From positions 126,976,001 to 127,040,000 of the forward strand of contig NC_043001.1 in assembly GCF_006345805.1 (NCBI RefSeq): a stretch of DNA of 64,000 nt, written 5' to 3'. The position numbers and the translations under genes were made by a program. The stretch is from Octopus sinensis (lineage: Eukaryota). The notes below the pieces were generated by a model. That model did not search any database and had not been told where the DNA came from. It was given only the letters and a program-made list of their open reading frames with translations. Shown here piece by piece: positions 52,672 through 64,000 of the stretch (its first letter is position 1; each line of letters starts with the position of its first letter).

Positions 52672-53339
52672 TATATATACATACATATATATATGCTTGT
52701 GTGTGCGCGCGTGTATGTTTGCATCTTTGTATGCATGTATATATGTGTGTGTATGTGCTTTGTTTGGGTGGATTTGTGGATGTGTGTTGTTATTGAAAAT
52801 TGTTGGTTTAATCGGTTTTGTATTTGGATGAAGCATTGGAGCGACGGTCAAAATGCCTGCAGTAATTCATTTACAGCTTTTTTTTTACTTCGAATCCTTC
52901 CAAATTCAACATTGCCTTTTATCTGTTCGGAATTCATAAAATAAAGTACCCGTTAAATACTGGAGTCGTATAACTAACTGTTCCCTCCATTCCACACAAA
53001 ATATTTAGCCTGTGTAAGATATCATAAAGGACTGTACATATAAAATAATCTTTGGAGTATCATTAAAACTTCTGAAGAAATGCCTTAACGATTAGTAAGC
53101 CTTTCTATTCCTATCAACACTTTAATTTCAGAATTCAAATCTCGTCGAGACAACTTAGCATTTCCTCTTTTCAATGTCTATAAAATAAAATATTATTTAA
53201 GTGCTGGATCCCCACTTTCTCAAATTTTCAATCCTTATATCTACTTGTATTTTTCTTCCCTACGTATAACATAGTTTTTTTCAGATCTCATCTCGTACCT
53301 TCTACGTTTGGCAATCCTCCGCATCCTTCCTTGATAGAC

Positions 53340-53423
<84 letters not shown>

Positions 53424-53431
53424 TGATAGAT

Positions 53432-53474
<43 letters not shown>

Positions 53475-53514
53475 AGAAAGAAAGAAAGAAAGAAAGATAT
53501 ATATATATACAGTT

Positions 53515-53845
53515 ATTTATATTAAGGACATTACTATACATAAATGCCTCACGTTAGGAGGAACTCTTAAAGTCAAAACTACCATAATAAACACATAGTA
53601 CCGAACGCGAGGGAATGCAACTCTCGAAGCGAGCCTTTCAAAAACAGATTCAGCTGCAGATCATATGATTTCATAATGATTTCATGAAATCATTTGATCT
53701 GCAGCTGAATCTAGTTTTAAAGGGCTCGCTTCGAGAGTTGCATTCCCTCGCGTTCGGTACAATATGTTTATTATGGTAGCTTTGACCTTAAGATTCCTTC
53801 CTAGCGTGAGACATTTATGTACAGTAATGCCCTTAATATATAAAT
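53515..53845. repeat. ~330-bp imperfect fold-back element
   Basis: Arms about 53515-53674 and 53684-53845 are reverse complements (e.g. gtaccgaacgcgagggaatgcaactctcgaagcgagcc / ggctcgcttcgagagttgcattccctcgcgttcggtac). Confidence 0.9.
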
Positions 53846-54020
53846 ATATTTACAAGGATAATTAATAAACCTTTCCATTATGAGGTTTTTCACGCTAACT
53901 ACTTTTTCTTATAAAGATTTAATCCTATTTTTCAATTATATATAATATATATATATATATATGTTGTGTGTGTGTATGTGTGTATGTATATATATATATA
54001 TGTGTGTATATATATCTATA

Positions 54021-54067
<47 letters not shown>

Positions 54068-54493
54068 TACATAACATGTATATCATATACATATATATAT
54101 ATATACATACCTATGTACATACATCATATATACGTATATATATGTATACAATGCATACATTTATAAATATATATTATAAACTCAAACTGAATACGCCTAG
54201 AGTCAATGAACATGCATATGCATATAATACATACATACGTATGCATACACACATGCATATACATACATAAATACAAATGGATATATAAGTTCCGATTACA
54301 TATAGAAATACAAATATTTTTGCGAATATATACATGTACACATACATATGTATAAATGTGTTGTGCGTGTATATATATTTAATTATATATATATACATAT
54401 GTGTGTGTGTATACACATACAATGAAAAGAAACAGAGAAAATGTTATATATACACACACACACACCACCACACACACAACACACACACAATAC

Positions 54494-54525
<32 letters not shown>

Positions 54526-54532
<7 letters not shown>

Positions 54533-54767
54533 ATATTTCGGAATGGTCATATTGCCAGTTTAGTAGCCAATGAAACACACGCACTATATATTTGGTGTTT
54601 ATTTGCTTCAGTGTTATTTATTTTTTACATTAATCTTAATCTATTTAATATACAGTGCGTGTGTTTTTATTGGCTAAACTGGCAATATGACCATTCCGAA
54701 ATATAACAATATCTGTTTTCAACACACGACTTCACATAAAAAATCTTGCACAACAAATATTTAAACG

Positions 54768-54770
<3 letters not shown>
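54526..54770 (-). mobile_element. Second copy of the 25950-26213 element, lacking the hammerhead segment
   Basis: Reverse-complement homology; internal inverted repeat about 54526-54597 vs 54650-54712; flanked by (TA)n. Confidence 0.75.
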
Positions 54771-54800
<30 letters not shown>

Positions 54801-54845
54801 ATATATATATATAGGGTGGCGAATACTCGTTATAAATATCACCAC

Positions 54846-54945
54846 NNNNNNNNNNNNNNNNNNNNNNNNNNNNNNNNNNNNNNNNNNNNNNNNNNNNNNN
54901 NNNNNNNNNNNNNNNNNNNNNNNNNNNNNNNNNNNNNNNNNNNNN
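54846..54945. other. Assembly gap (100 N)
   Basis: Run of N. Confidence 1.
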
Positions 54946-54978
54946 TTTTTTTGTGCTTCTCTTGACAAGTTTATTTTT

Positions 54979-55018
54979 TGAACTGTGGATGACACACGAG
55001 ATGTCGAAATATCGTTCA
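54979..55018 (+). ncRNA. Decayed minimal hammerhead-like motif
   Basis: TGAAC-tgtggat-GACA(cacgaga)TGTC-GAA-ATAT-C-GTTCA: 5-bp helix I, 4-bp helix II, palindromic ATAT helix III; core left strand mutated. Confidence 0.4.
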
Positions 55019-55044
55019 CTTGATAACAAAGCTCTCATCTACTT

Positions 55045-55312
55045 TTACTACTACTACTACTACTACTACTAAGAAGAAAAGAAGAAGAAGAAGAAGAAGG
55101 AGGAGGAGGAGGAGGAGGAGGAGGAGAAGGAGAAGAAGAAGAAGAAGAAGAAGGAGGAGGAGGAGAAGGAGAAGAAGAAGAAGAAAAAGAAGAAGAAGGA
55201 GAAGGAGAAGAAAGAGAAGAAGAAGAAGGAGGAGAAAGAGAAGAAGAAGAAGAAGAAGAAGAAGAAGAAAAGAAGAAGAAGAAGAAGAAGAAGAAGAAGA
55301 AGAAGAAGATAA
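55045..55312. repeat. (CTA)n-(GAA/GGA)n microsatellite
   Basis: Directly visible. Confidence 0.95.
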
Positions 55313-55469
55313 TTTAAGAAAAAATAGTAAAATTAAAGGAAGCAAGGGAGAATAAGGAGAAAAAATGTGAAAGAAAGAAAAAAGACAAAAGGAAGTGTTG
55401 GGTCCCTTATCCATAGATGAACGTTATTTCGCAATTTTGTTTAAAGCAAATGAATATGTAGATTGTAAT

Positions 55470-55855
55470 GGTGGAAACACTCCGTCGGTTACGACGACGA
55501 GGGTTCCGGTTGATCCGAATCAACGGAACAGCCTGCTCGTGAAATTAACGTGTAAGTGGCTGAGCACTCCACAGACATGTGTACCCTTAGCGTAGTTCTC
55601 GGGGATATTCAGCGTGACACAGAGAGTGACAAGGCCGGCCCTTTGAAATACAGGTACAACAGAAACAGGAAGTAAGAGTGAGAGAAAGTTGTGGTGAAAG
55701 AGGACAGCAGGGATCACCACCATCCCTGCCGGAGCCTCGTGGAGCTTTAGGTGTTTTCGCTCAATAAACACTCACAACGCCCGGTCTGGGAATCGAAACC
55801 GCGATCCTATGACCGCGAGTCCGCTGCCCTAACCACTGGGCCATTGCACCTCCAC
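55470..55855 (-). mobile_element. SINE family D with 10-bp TSD
   Basis: AGATTGTAAT at 55460-55469 and 55856-55865; near-identical to 32517-32902. Confidence 0.92.
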
Positions 55856-57239
55856 AGATTGTAATAAAGTATTTATGAAAAGCTTCTAAAGAAACGGCTT
55901 TAGCGAATTTCAAATTAAATGAGAATTTCTTAATGTCATTTAGAGAGTGGCTGGATTGACATCGTATCCTGTGGGTTTAATTGATTTATTTACCTCATCC
56001 TAAGAACAATAATAAAGGTGGGCTTCATTACAATTAAAAGTATTTATTTGTTTTATTTATTTTTCATTAAGGTGTATTTAAGCTGGTTTTCTTGTTGTTG
56101 TTTTTTACTTTTTTATTTTATATACATTATTCTCCACATTTTTGCATGAGCCAACTGTATATGTATATGTAATTTTTACATACATACGTCTTCATTATGC
56201 ACATCAATTAAGGTCAGAAAGAAAGGGATATAAAATCCGGATATTCGTGTGATTTTCATAAGAATTAATTTTCTCCCCTCTCTATATTGACAATTTTGTC
56301 CTTACGTTAAATTGATGACCATTTTCTCAGTTGCAAATTTCTCCCTGAAAATTTACGATACAATTTGTTTCATTTGCATTCATTTCTTAATCCCTTTATC
56401 GCCTTCTTGTTCGCCGTTTATCGCTTATTAAGCGGATTTCTTTGAATCAATCTGTTTTTTTATGAAAAGACGCCTTCGCTCTTCCTCAATTCAATTAATT
56501 TCCACAGTTAACATCCGATATAGTAATATAAAGTCCTTCTTATATTTAAACTCAACAGGCACAGTGATGTACCATAATCCGGCTGGATGGATTTCTTTGC
56601 AAGGGGAATTCCATGACAACGATGACAATTAATATTATGGAGGGATATGTGTGACTGCATCACGGCCCAAATCCTTACCAGGACTTCAATTTAGTCGAGA
56701 AAGTAACAAAAATAGTTGCTAATTGTGCATTGTTCAAGCTACGTGGATTGTTTTACTGATGTTGTAGTCGTTGCTGGTGCTGTTACTGTTGTTGCTGTCG
56801 TCATTGCTGTTAGTGTTATTCTTATTTAACACTAGCTCAGGTTTAATCGATAACATGTCATCGATATCCTATCGCAGTGAATTTAGAGCCATATCATTCA
56901 ATGTACGCCTTCTTTCTCAAAACGCTTTTTCCTCAAAACGCAAAAAAAAATCCCACAAAGTGAATACTTTTACAAGAAATGAGCATTGACAACTGAATAA
57001 ATGAATTACTGAACAACAAACCAAGTGGTCAGTCGTTCGTCTCCTGTTATCACTTTTGAATAGCTCTGTCCATCGAACTAAGAATAGGATAGATCTGTGC
57101 CAATCAACTGAAAATGCTGATGCCTTTAGGGGAAAAAACACAGAGTGAGTAATTCCTCTGCTTTTACAAGCAAAGGAATTACGTAGAATACGTGAGATAC
57201 CCATAAGTATGGTCTTTCGTAATTAGTCTATTATTTTGG

Positions 57240-58369
57240 GGCTGCCAGGAATTTAATCTATATACTTGTTTACTCCTCTTGATATCATTTCAAGTGCCCC
57301 AATGATAATAGGTAACGTCCTTGTTTTGAGATGCCACATGCTTCTGATTTCAATCTCCAGGTCCTTATACTTGCTCACTTTCTCAAAGGTTTTCAGTGAT
57401 ATGTTTCTGTCGGCTGCGACTGCAACAGCAATTAGAAAACAAATCCCTTTAATATGATTTTTCACAATGAGTTCAGGTTTGTGTATCTATATTTCCTGAT
57501 CAGTTAGAACACTGAAATTCCAGAAGATGGTAACCTCGGCATTCTGGACAACTTGTGTGGCTTATGTTTCCACCAATTGTTTTTGTGAGAGAGGTTGTAT
57601 GTGCAGCATATTGACCAGTGTGTGTACTGAGCTGTCCTGTCATGACATTACAAGTAACTCTGTTGGTGCCAGTCTAGTACATTCAGAGACTATGTGGTCG
57701 ATTGTCTCTGAGTTCTCCCCGCATATGTCGTATAATAAGCTGCTTTCATATTTGTGGACATCACTCTGGTGATTCCTAGTTGGAAGGGACGGGTCGTGAG
57801 CAACAATGACAAAACCCTTCAGCTTCTGGTTTGAGATCAGAGCATCACAGTCACTGATGAGTAAGGGTTTGATCTAATCAGGGTCCCTGATTCTAGTTGG
57901 GTATTTGCCATGCAGTGGCCTTTGCTCCCATTTCTCATGAATACATTGGAGGTTGGTTTATTTGTCTATGGTTTTTAGTTGTTTTACATTGTCTTCGGGT
58001 ACTAGTTCGTCTAGTTGCATTTCTCAAAGGTATACTTTCACATTTTTCGTCACTAAGTGCAACCTTTTGGTATCGTCACATTTCAGAACCAGCTTTAATA
58101 TCCGGTCGTTTGTGTATTGCAGGTAGGCAGACAGTCCGATGGCTGAAATTTTCAATGAGAATTGAGATTGTATTAACCCCCAGCGACTGCTTTCTTTCCT
58201 CGGGAGGTATATTCGGTCTGTGTCTGTTTTTGAGTGATGCATACGATGCATTGTCATCAGCTTTTGGCAACCAGCATATAATATTAAAATTGTCCGTGAT
58301 TACAGGTATAGCATTGGATCGATATAATTGCCTATCGCTCTCCTTTAAAATTGCTGGCCTTGTGCCAGA

Positions 58370-58372
<3 letters not shown>
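57240..58372 (-). mobile_element. R4/Dong-type LINE 3' portion (post-RT, zinc knuckle, RLE), decayed
   Basis: MHRMHHSKTDTDRIYLPRKE; PLHGKYP; DICGENSETIDHIVSECTRLAP; IAVAVAADRNISLKTFEKVSKYKDLEIEIRSMWHLKTRTLPIIIGALE. Confidence 0.85.
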
Positions 58373-58413
<41 letters not shown>

Positions 58414-58431
58414 TTATTATTATTATTAGTA

Positions 58432-58480
<49 letters not shown>

Positions 58481-58481
<1 letters not shown>

Positions 58482-58672
58482 AGGTGGTGAGCTGGCAGAA
58501 TCGTTAGCACGCTGGACGAAATGCTTAGCAGTATTTCGCCCGTCGCTACGTTCTAAGTTCAAATTTCGCCGGGGTCGATAAAATAAGTACTAGTTGAACA
58601 CTGGGGTCAATGTAATTGAATCTTCCCCTCCCCCAAAATGGCTGCCCTTGTGGCAAAATTTGAAACCATTAT
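58481..58672 (+). mobile_element. SINE family A-related copy embedded in (TAG)n
   Basis: aaggtggtgagctggcagaatcgttagc...ggggtcgataaaataagtac...; (TAG)n on both sides. Confidence 0.85.
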
Positions 58673-58678
58673 TATTAT

Positions 58679-58741
<63 letters not shown>

Positions 58742-58775
58742 CAGCAGCAGCAGCAGTAGCAACAGCAGTAGCAGT

Positions 58776-58807
<32 letters not shown>

Positions 58808-58811
58808 CAGC

Positions 58812-58857
<46 letters not shown>

Positions 58858-59582
58858 TTTATGATTTGAGTTCAAGCTTTGTTCAGTTTGGCTTCGACCT
58901 TAACTCTTCAGATATCGATAAAATAAAGAAACGTCCAAGTATTAAACTCAATATAATCGACTAAACCCCGCACGGTAAATCTATTATCTTGTACCTGTGT
59001 TAGACTTCGTTTTCAACATTCTTATTATTTTGAGGAAAGTGATAGATAACATCGATAAAACATTTTAAGACCACAACATGAAATGGCCAAATGTATCATT
59101 TATAGGTTGTCGATGAATTAAGCACCAATCGAGACCAAAGCTCCAAAATGACGCCTACATCATCCATCAAAATCTATGACACAGTACGTTTTTTAAAACC
59201 TTATATTAATATAAAGTTATGTGTATAATATAATACACCTTAAAACCATACCTCTTTATTAACAGGCCATCTATTAAAAAATCCATTCTAATATTTTTTA
59301 TGTTTGCAGTAGTTTGTAGTCTTTATGTTAGTATAATGGATTATTTTCGCTAATTTTATACACACATACATATATACATATATGCATGTATATATGCATA
59401 TGTTTTATTTATTATTTTGTTATTATATATATATATGTGTGTGTGTGTTTGTGTGTGTGCGGCGTGAATAGATATACATGTGTGTGTGCTTGTGTGTATG
59501 TGTGTGCATATTTATCAATCTCTCTCTCTTTCTGTATACTTATATGTATATATATACATATATAATACATATATATACATAT

Positions 59583-59715
<133 letters not shown>

Positions 59716-60170
59716 GTGTGTGTGTGTAAATATTTATATCAATGTATCCAGGACGATTATATCGACATATCATTCATATATGCATATTGCATGATATGCA
59801 TATATCATTCAATATATGCATAACATATATAGGAAAACAATTACGAAACAGAAATCAACGTACACAAGCACACGTATGCACGTACGCTTGTAAATATGCA
59901 AATATATTCAAGAATACCATTGCATGTGAATATGTGGGTTGGATAAAAATATTATATGATATACGATTATATGTGCGTGTGAGTATGTATGTATATATAA
60001 AACTCTCTCTCCCTCTCTCTCTCCCTCTCTCTCTCCCTCTCTCACACTTACTCTTACATTTATGTACATACATAAATTCACTCACATATAGAAGCACATA
60101 CATATATAAAAATATATATATATATATATAACACACACACACATATGTTTATATATATATCTAGGTTTAC

Positions 60171-60201
<31 letters not shown>

Positions 60202-60519
60202 TGTATGTATGTATGTATGTATGTATGTATGTATGTATGTATGGAAGGCTGGATCTGCGAACATCTGTACATTATTGTATATCCTTACCCTCTCATATTT
60301 ACTCCCACATAGATTGCTATTACTATTAATTTTATATAATGAGTAGTAATTATTTATGTTCTGAATATACCCAAATATATATATATATATATATATATGT
60401 ATACCTCACTGTTTATTTTTCTGATGGTGTGATCTGTACGAAAAATCCGTGTTATGGGTGCACTAAAATATATTTGTATATATTTAATATACACACAAAG
60501 CATATTTATCTATCTATCC

Positions 60520-60587
<68 letters not shown>

Positions 60588-61849
60588 GTCTATCTATCTT
60601 TCTATCTATCTATTTATTTATTTATCTATCTATCTATCTATCTATCAATCAATTTATATATATATATATATATATATAAACACACACAGACATACATATA
60701 TAAATATATATATATTTATATATGTATATATATATATACATGGACGATATAAAAAAGAAATATTGTTAACCTGATAGGGATATCGATTTATTCTGTTTCG
60801 TTTAGAAATTTTGTTAATTTTTTTTTTTGTTTTCGCTTATAAAACATAAACTGCTACTCTGACCGATATTTATTAAATATGCACGCATTTGATCGCACAT
60901 ATCTAAGCATGTGTGTGAGTATGTGCTTGTATGTGGGTGTGCGTATGTGTGTGTGCATGTATAGATACGCATGTGCACGCAGGTGCTTCAGTTTACGGTC
61001 CATTAAATCTATAATAAAAGCGTGGGAAAGCTCAGGAGCTGCATATGTGTGTGTGAGTGTCTGTTTCCGCGTATTTATTCGTATTCATGTATATTTTTTA
61101 TAAATATCTATGTATATGTATTAATGTATATACATATATATGTGTCTGTGTATTTTGTATTTGTATTTATGTATAGATATGTATGTATGTATATATATAT
61201 ATAATATATATATATATATATACATGTGTGTGTGTGTTTGTGTATGTGTGTTTGTGTGCGTATGTATATGTGTTCTATGTTGGTACATAAATGAAGGATG
61301 AACAAACCCTAAAATCCTCAGTCCTATAAATGTTCTCGACTAAGCTTTGCCGTAATCGAAGAGCATACATAAACATCTGGGAAAATGTTGTTTATTTACA
61401 TAGAACCAGACGGAACTCTTCAAAGTCTCATAAAGCCATAATCGAAGACTTTCGGAATGACTAAATTGCATGCGTCATGTATGGACTTACTAGTGGAAAG
61501 TTTTCAACAGTGTATCTACGGAATCAAACATGAGTTATGGATGGATTTGTGCCAATAATTAGTAAATGCATTACATGTTTCATGGCTTAATGACAAGTAA
61601 TCTTAGACAAAGATTTTGTTTCTATTAAATGCGAAATATATATTTTTATTAGATCACAGCTATATACTTCTATCTGATGACATATACCAAGGATATACTA
61701 CTCAATGTTTCTGCTCCATATATTTGTTTCACCAACATGACTAACTAGACTGAACTCGGATACAGATACTAAAAAAGGAAAACCATCTGCGTTGCACATG
61801 GCACACAAGTAGAAATACTGTTACAGCCAATCCACAGATTTATCAGAAC

Positions 61850-62700
61850 TGATGAGATTGTAATTAGAAAATTGTTCTAAGACAATGATGTTGAGATTTA
61901 AAATAATGAACGAAAGTAATATCAAGTTAGATAAAGAAAGTGACATAAAGGAATTAGACCAAATAGAGGTTTACAAATTATAAAATTATTAGATTATAAA
62001 ACCATTAGATCATTACTTAAAACAGAGTCAGAAGTTTAAAAATGTAAGGTAATAGCTTCCTCAGCAGTAAGTTACAGTTACAACATTCGCAATATGATAC
62101 GAAATGGACTAGCAAAATAACTAGAAAAATTATGACTTCATTTAAAAACTGCAATATGTCTGCTATAGAAATATTTACTTTCTATGAATGCAAGGTCGCA
62201 GATGTCCACTCAGACTAGAAAGTTATAAAATAGCCAACGTTAAATTACAACACATCTAGGAAATAGCTTAATACAAATAACTACAAAATGCATATAAAAC
62301 ATAAAACAATATTCTTATTTAGCGGTAAACCGACAAATATAAAACAATGGTTAAGATGATAGACAGGTCTGATATAAAAATGAGAAGAGAAATTATGAAA
62401 TGGCCACTTTGGCTAAAAGTGATGTTGCAGAATATTATGCTGAAGCAATAGCAAGAGAGGCACCGAATACGTGAATGGAGAAAAAACTGGAAGTAACTAC
62501 GTAAAAGAAAATCGTTAGCTGAGTAGTAAAGGAATTAAAAACCCTGATTGATGGATTCTTGATTGCATTGCAAGATTAAAAATGCCCTTCCAGAATCTGC
62601 TGATGGTATATAATGAAGCAGAATGAATGAAATAACGACAGGATATGTGGAGATAGAGAGAAACTATTAATGATATCACCTCTGGTTAACCAGGGAGGAT
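61850..62700 (+). mobile_element. Highly decayed R4/Dong-type LINE fragment
   Basis: Remnants SDIKELDQIEVYK and LKTLIDGFLIALQD. Confidence 0.5.
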
Positions 62701-62829
62701 ATATCTACACACATGAAAGGGTATAAGATGAAGTATAAACATATACCAGAAATATCACAGAAAAAAAATCAAAGCGATTATACCCCGGCATACACCAATC
62801 TACACAGACAGGGAAATCAAGTTTAGTAT

Positions 62830-63690
62830 GGATGTGAGGATCTTGTAGGTGATGTTGAGACATGTTATTGGTCGGTAGTTCTCTGGATTTTTCGTGTTTT
62901 CAGTTTTTGGTAGAAGGTATATTGTTCCTTCGGTCAGCCAGGCAGGTATTTGGTCTGGGTTCTGGATGACATCAGTTAGGGGTGCAGCAAAATTTTGGTG
63001 AACTTCTGTCAAACAATTCATCCAGAAGTTAAGGATCCGGTCCCTATATATTGGGAAGTTCTAAAGAATTGATTCATTTTCTGCCTCAGTCACAGCCCCA
63101 GGGTGGTGCTTGTTCCATTTGTCAGCAGTTTTGATTTTGCAACACCTATTTCTTTACTACCCACAAGGGGCTAAACATAGAGGGGACAAACAAGAACAGA
63201 CAAACGGATTAAGTCGATTAGATCGACCCCAGTGCGTAACTGGTACTTAATTTATCGACCCCGAAAGGATGAACGGCAAAGTCGACCTCGGCGGAATTTG
63301 AACTCAGAATGTAACGGCAGACGAAATACGGCTACGCATTTCGCCCGGTGTGCTAACGATTCTGCCAGCTCACCGCCTTTGATTTTGCAATACCGACACA
63401 TTCAGACCATAACTAACAACTGAAACTGCTAAGTAATTTATGGCTAACACCTTGTTACGTGCATTTAAATCAGATTTTAGGACTGCTCAAACTCTCCTGT
63501 AACATTCCTCTGACTTTCCCTTTCATGCGTGCATACTGAATGACAGAGTCCTCATTTATTCCGAGGTATTTGTAAGTTTGTTCCTTATCTTTTATAACGG
63601 TGTCAAAATCTAACACTACTGAATGTGAGGTCATCAATTTCCCTTTCTGGAAAGTGGCCTTTTGTCAAGACGAAATTTCATCCAGTATCA
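62830..63690 (-). mobile_element. Rearranged R4/Dong-type RT fragments
   Basis: 63410-63690: EQTYKYLGINED...AINYLAVSVVSY; 62830-63130: GPDP...WLTEGTIYLLPKTENTKNPENYRPITCLNITYKILTS. Confidence 0.75.
63147..63377 (-). mobile_element. Full-length SINE family A with 13-bp TSD inside the LINE fragment
   Basis: TTTGATTTTGCAA at 63130-63142 and 63378-63390. Confidence 0.92.
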
Positions 63691-63691
63691 C

Positions 63692-63792
<101 letters not shown>

Positions 63793-64000
63793 AAGGCGGC
63801 GAGCTGGAAGAATCGTTCGCACACCGGGCGAAATGTTTAGCTGTATTTCGCCTGCGCGGCTACGTTCTGAATTAAAATTCCGCCGAGGTTGACTTTGTCT
63901 TTTATCCTTTCGATGTCGATAAAATAAGTACCAGTTGAACACTGGGACTGATGTAATCGACTCATACCCTCCCACAAAGTGGCTGCCCTTGTGGAAAAAC
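63793..64000 (+). mobile_element. SINE family A-related copy after (TAG)n, running off the window end
   Basis: aaggcggcgagctggaagaatcgttcgcac...ccgccgaggttgactttg... Confidence 0.85.

Noticed and set aside
55020-55355. Poly-Arg/Glu protamine-like ORF
   Set aside because: Translation of a (GAA/GGA)n microsatellite beside an assembly gap.

Overview
AT-rich, microsatellite-dense eukaryotic DNA. The SINE families resemble those of Octopus, so an octopod cephalopod is inferred; the species cannot be determined from sequence alone. No host protein-coding gene can be supported, and nearly all ORFs in the track are microsatellite or transposon-fragment artefacts. The window is a graveyard of mobile elements: (i) several decayed R4/Dong-type (RT + restriction-like endonuclease) LINE pieces, several abutting (TAA)n-type repeats; (ii) CR1/L2-group APE-RT LINE pieces and an RTE piece; (iii) at least four tRNA-headed SINE families, many with clear target-site duplications (TSDs); (iv) two mariner DD34D-type elements, one maT-like DD37D remnant and an internally deleted piggyBac with intact TTAA ends; (v) four copies of a non-autonomous Helitron, including a head-to-tail pair and a copy carrying a different internal cargo; (vi) three long fold-back palindromes and several minisatellites. 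The most interesting signal is a set of five sequence-divergent minimal type I hammerhead-ribozyme-like motifs in small elements, three of them flanked on both sides by (TA)n, that look Penelope-derived. One (26049-26090) has an intact catalytic core, and two others show compensatory base pairing in helix I. A 100-N scaffold gap lies at 54846-54945.
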